A stretch of 60,640 nucleotides of DNA, filler included. It is 5 parts of 5 records of this genome, joined end to end, with 100 filler letters (N's around TTAATTAATTAA, not from the genome) between each part and the next. Parts side by side here need not be neighbours in the genome. Positions count along the whole stretch, not along the records: positions 50,031 to 60,640 come from SRR2962707_1649; 4 more parts are not named here. The stretch is one strand, 5' to 3'. The notes beneath the pieces are model-generated. The model saw only the letters and a list, made by a program, of their open reading frames with translations, did not search any database and was not told where the DNA came from. Both the position numbers and the translations under genes were made by a program. The stretch's first letter is position 1. Every line of letters begins with the position of its first letter. Positions 58,847-60,640 of this stretch are shown in pieces.

Positions 58847-60640
<1,794 letters not shown>

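Overview
This window is not one locus. It is five unrelated contigs joined by artificial 100-nt linkers (44 N + TTAATTAATTAA + 44 N) at 10160-10259, 23348-23447, 43677-43776 and 49931-50030. Taxon labels below are tentative impressions. (1) 1-10159, alphaproteobacterial (Thalassospira-like): Ni/Co ECF transporter genes with a His-tailed NreB-like MFS, a beta-helix protein, a LiuR-like MerR regulator, a Pat-type acyl-CoA ligase/GNAT fusion and a tRNA 3' end. (2) 10260-23347, AT-rich marine gammaproteobacterial (Alteromonadales-like) accessory DNA: a truncated integron integrase, a 40-aa microprotein, two cassette-like genes with decayed attC sites (a lipoprotein and a HEPN/AbiU2-like protein), an IS481 relic and a 10-kb redox-stress module (RsrR-like Rrf2, NDH-2-like, DoxX, TetR, MocR, AzoR, two-domain redoxin, DsbD). 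Four degenerate direct copies of an unexplained ~57-bp site partition this contig; this is the most novel-looking signal in the window. (3) 23448-43676, roseobacter-like: tetronate catabolism (ltnD-otnK-otnC-otnI), tctDE/tctCBA, a LysR-linked TRAP-GST-CMD-lactonase-SDR operon, IS3 relics and a tRNA-Ser 3' part. (4) 43777-49930, Devosia-like core genes: ileS, ribF, HAD, degenerate EAL, ROK and a sigma-54 regulator. (5) 50031-60640, Alcanivorax-like: ilvIH with a structured leader, four intervening genes, then ilvY and ilvC. All calls come from reading motifs by eye; no database searches were run.
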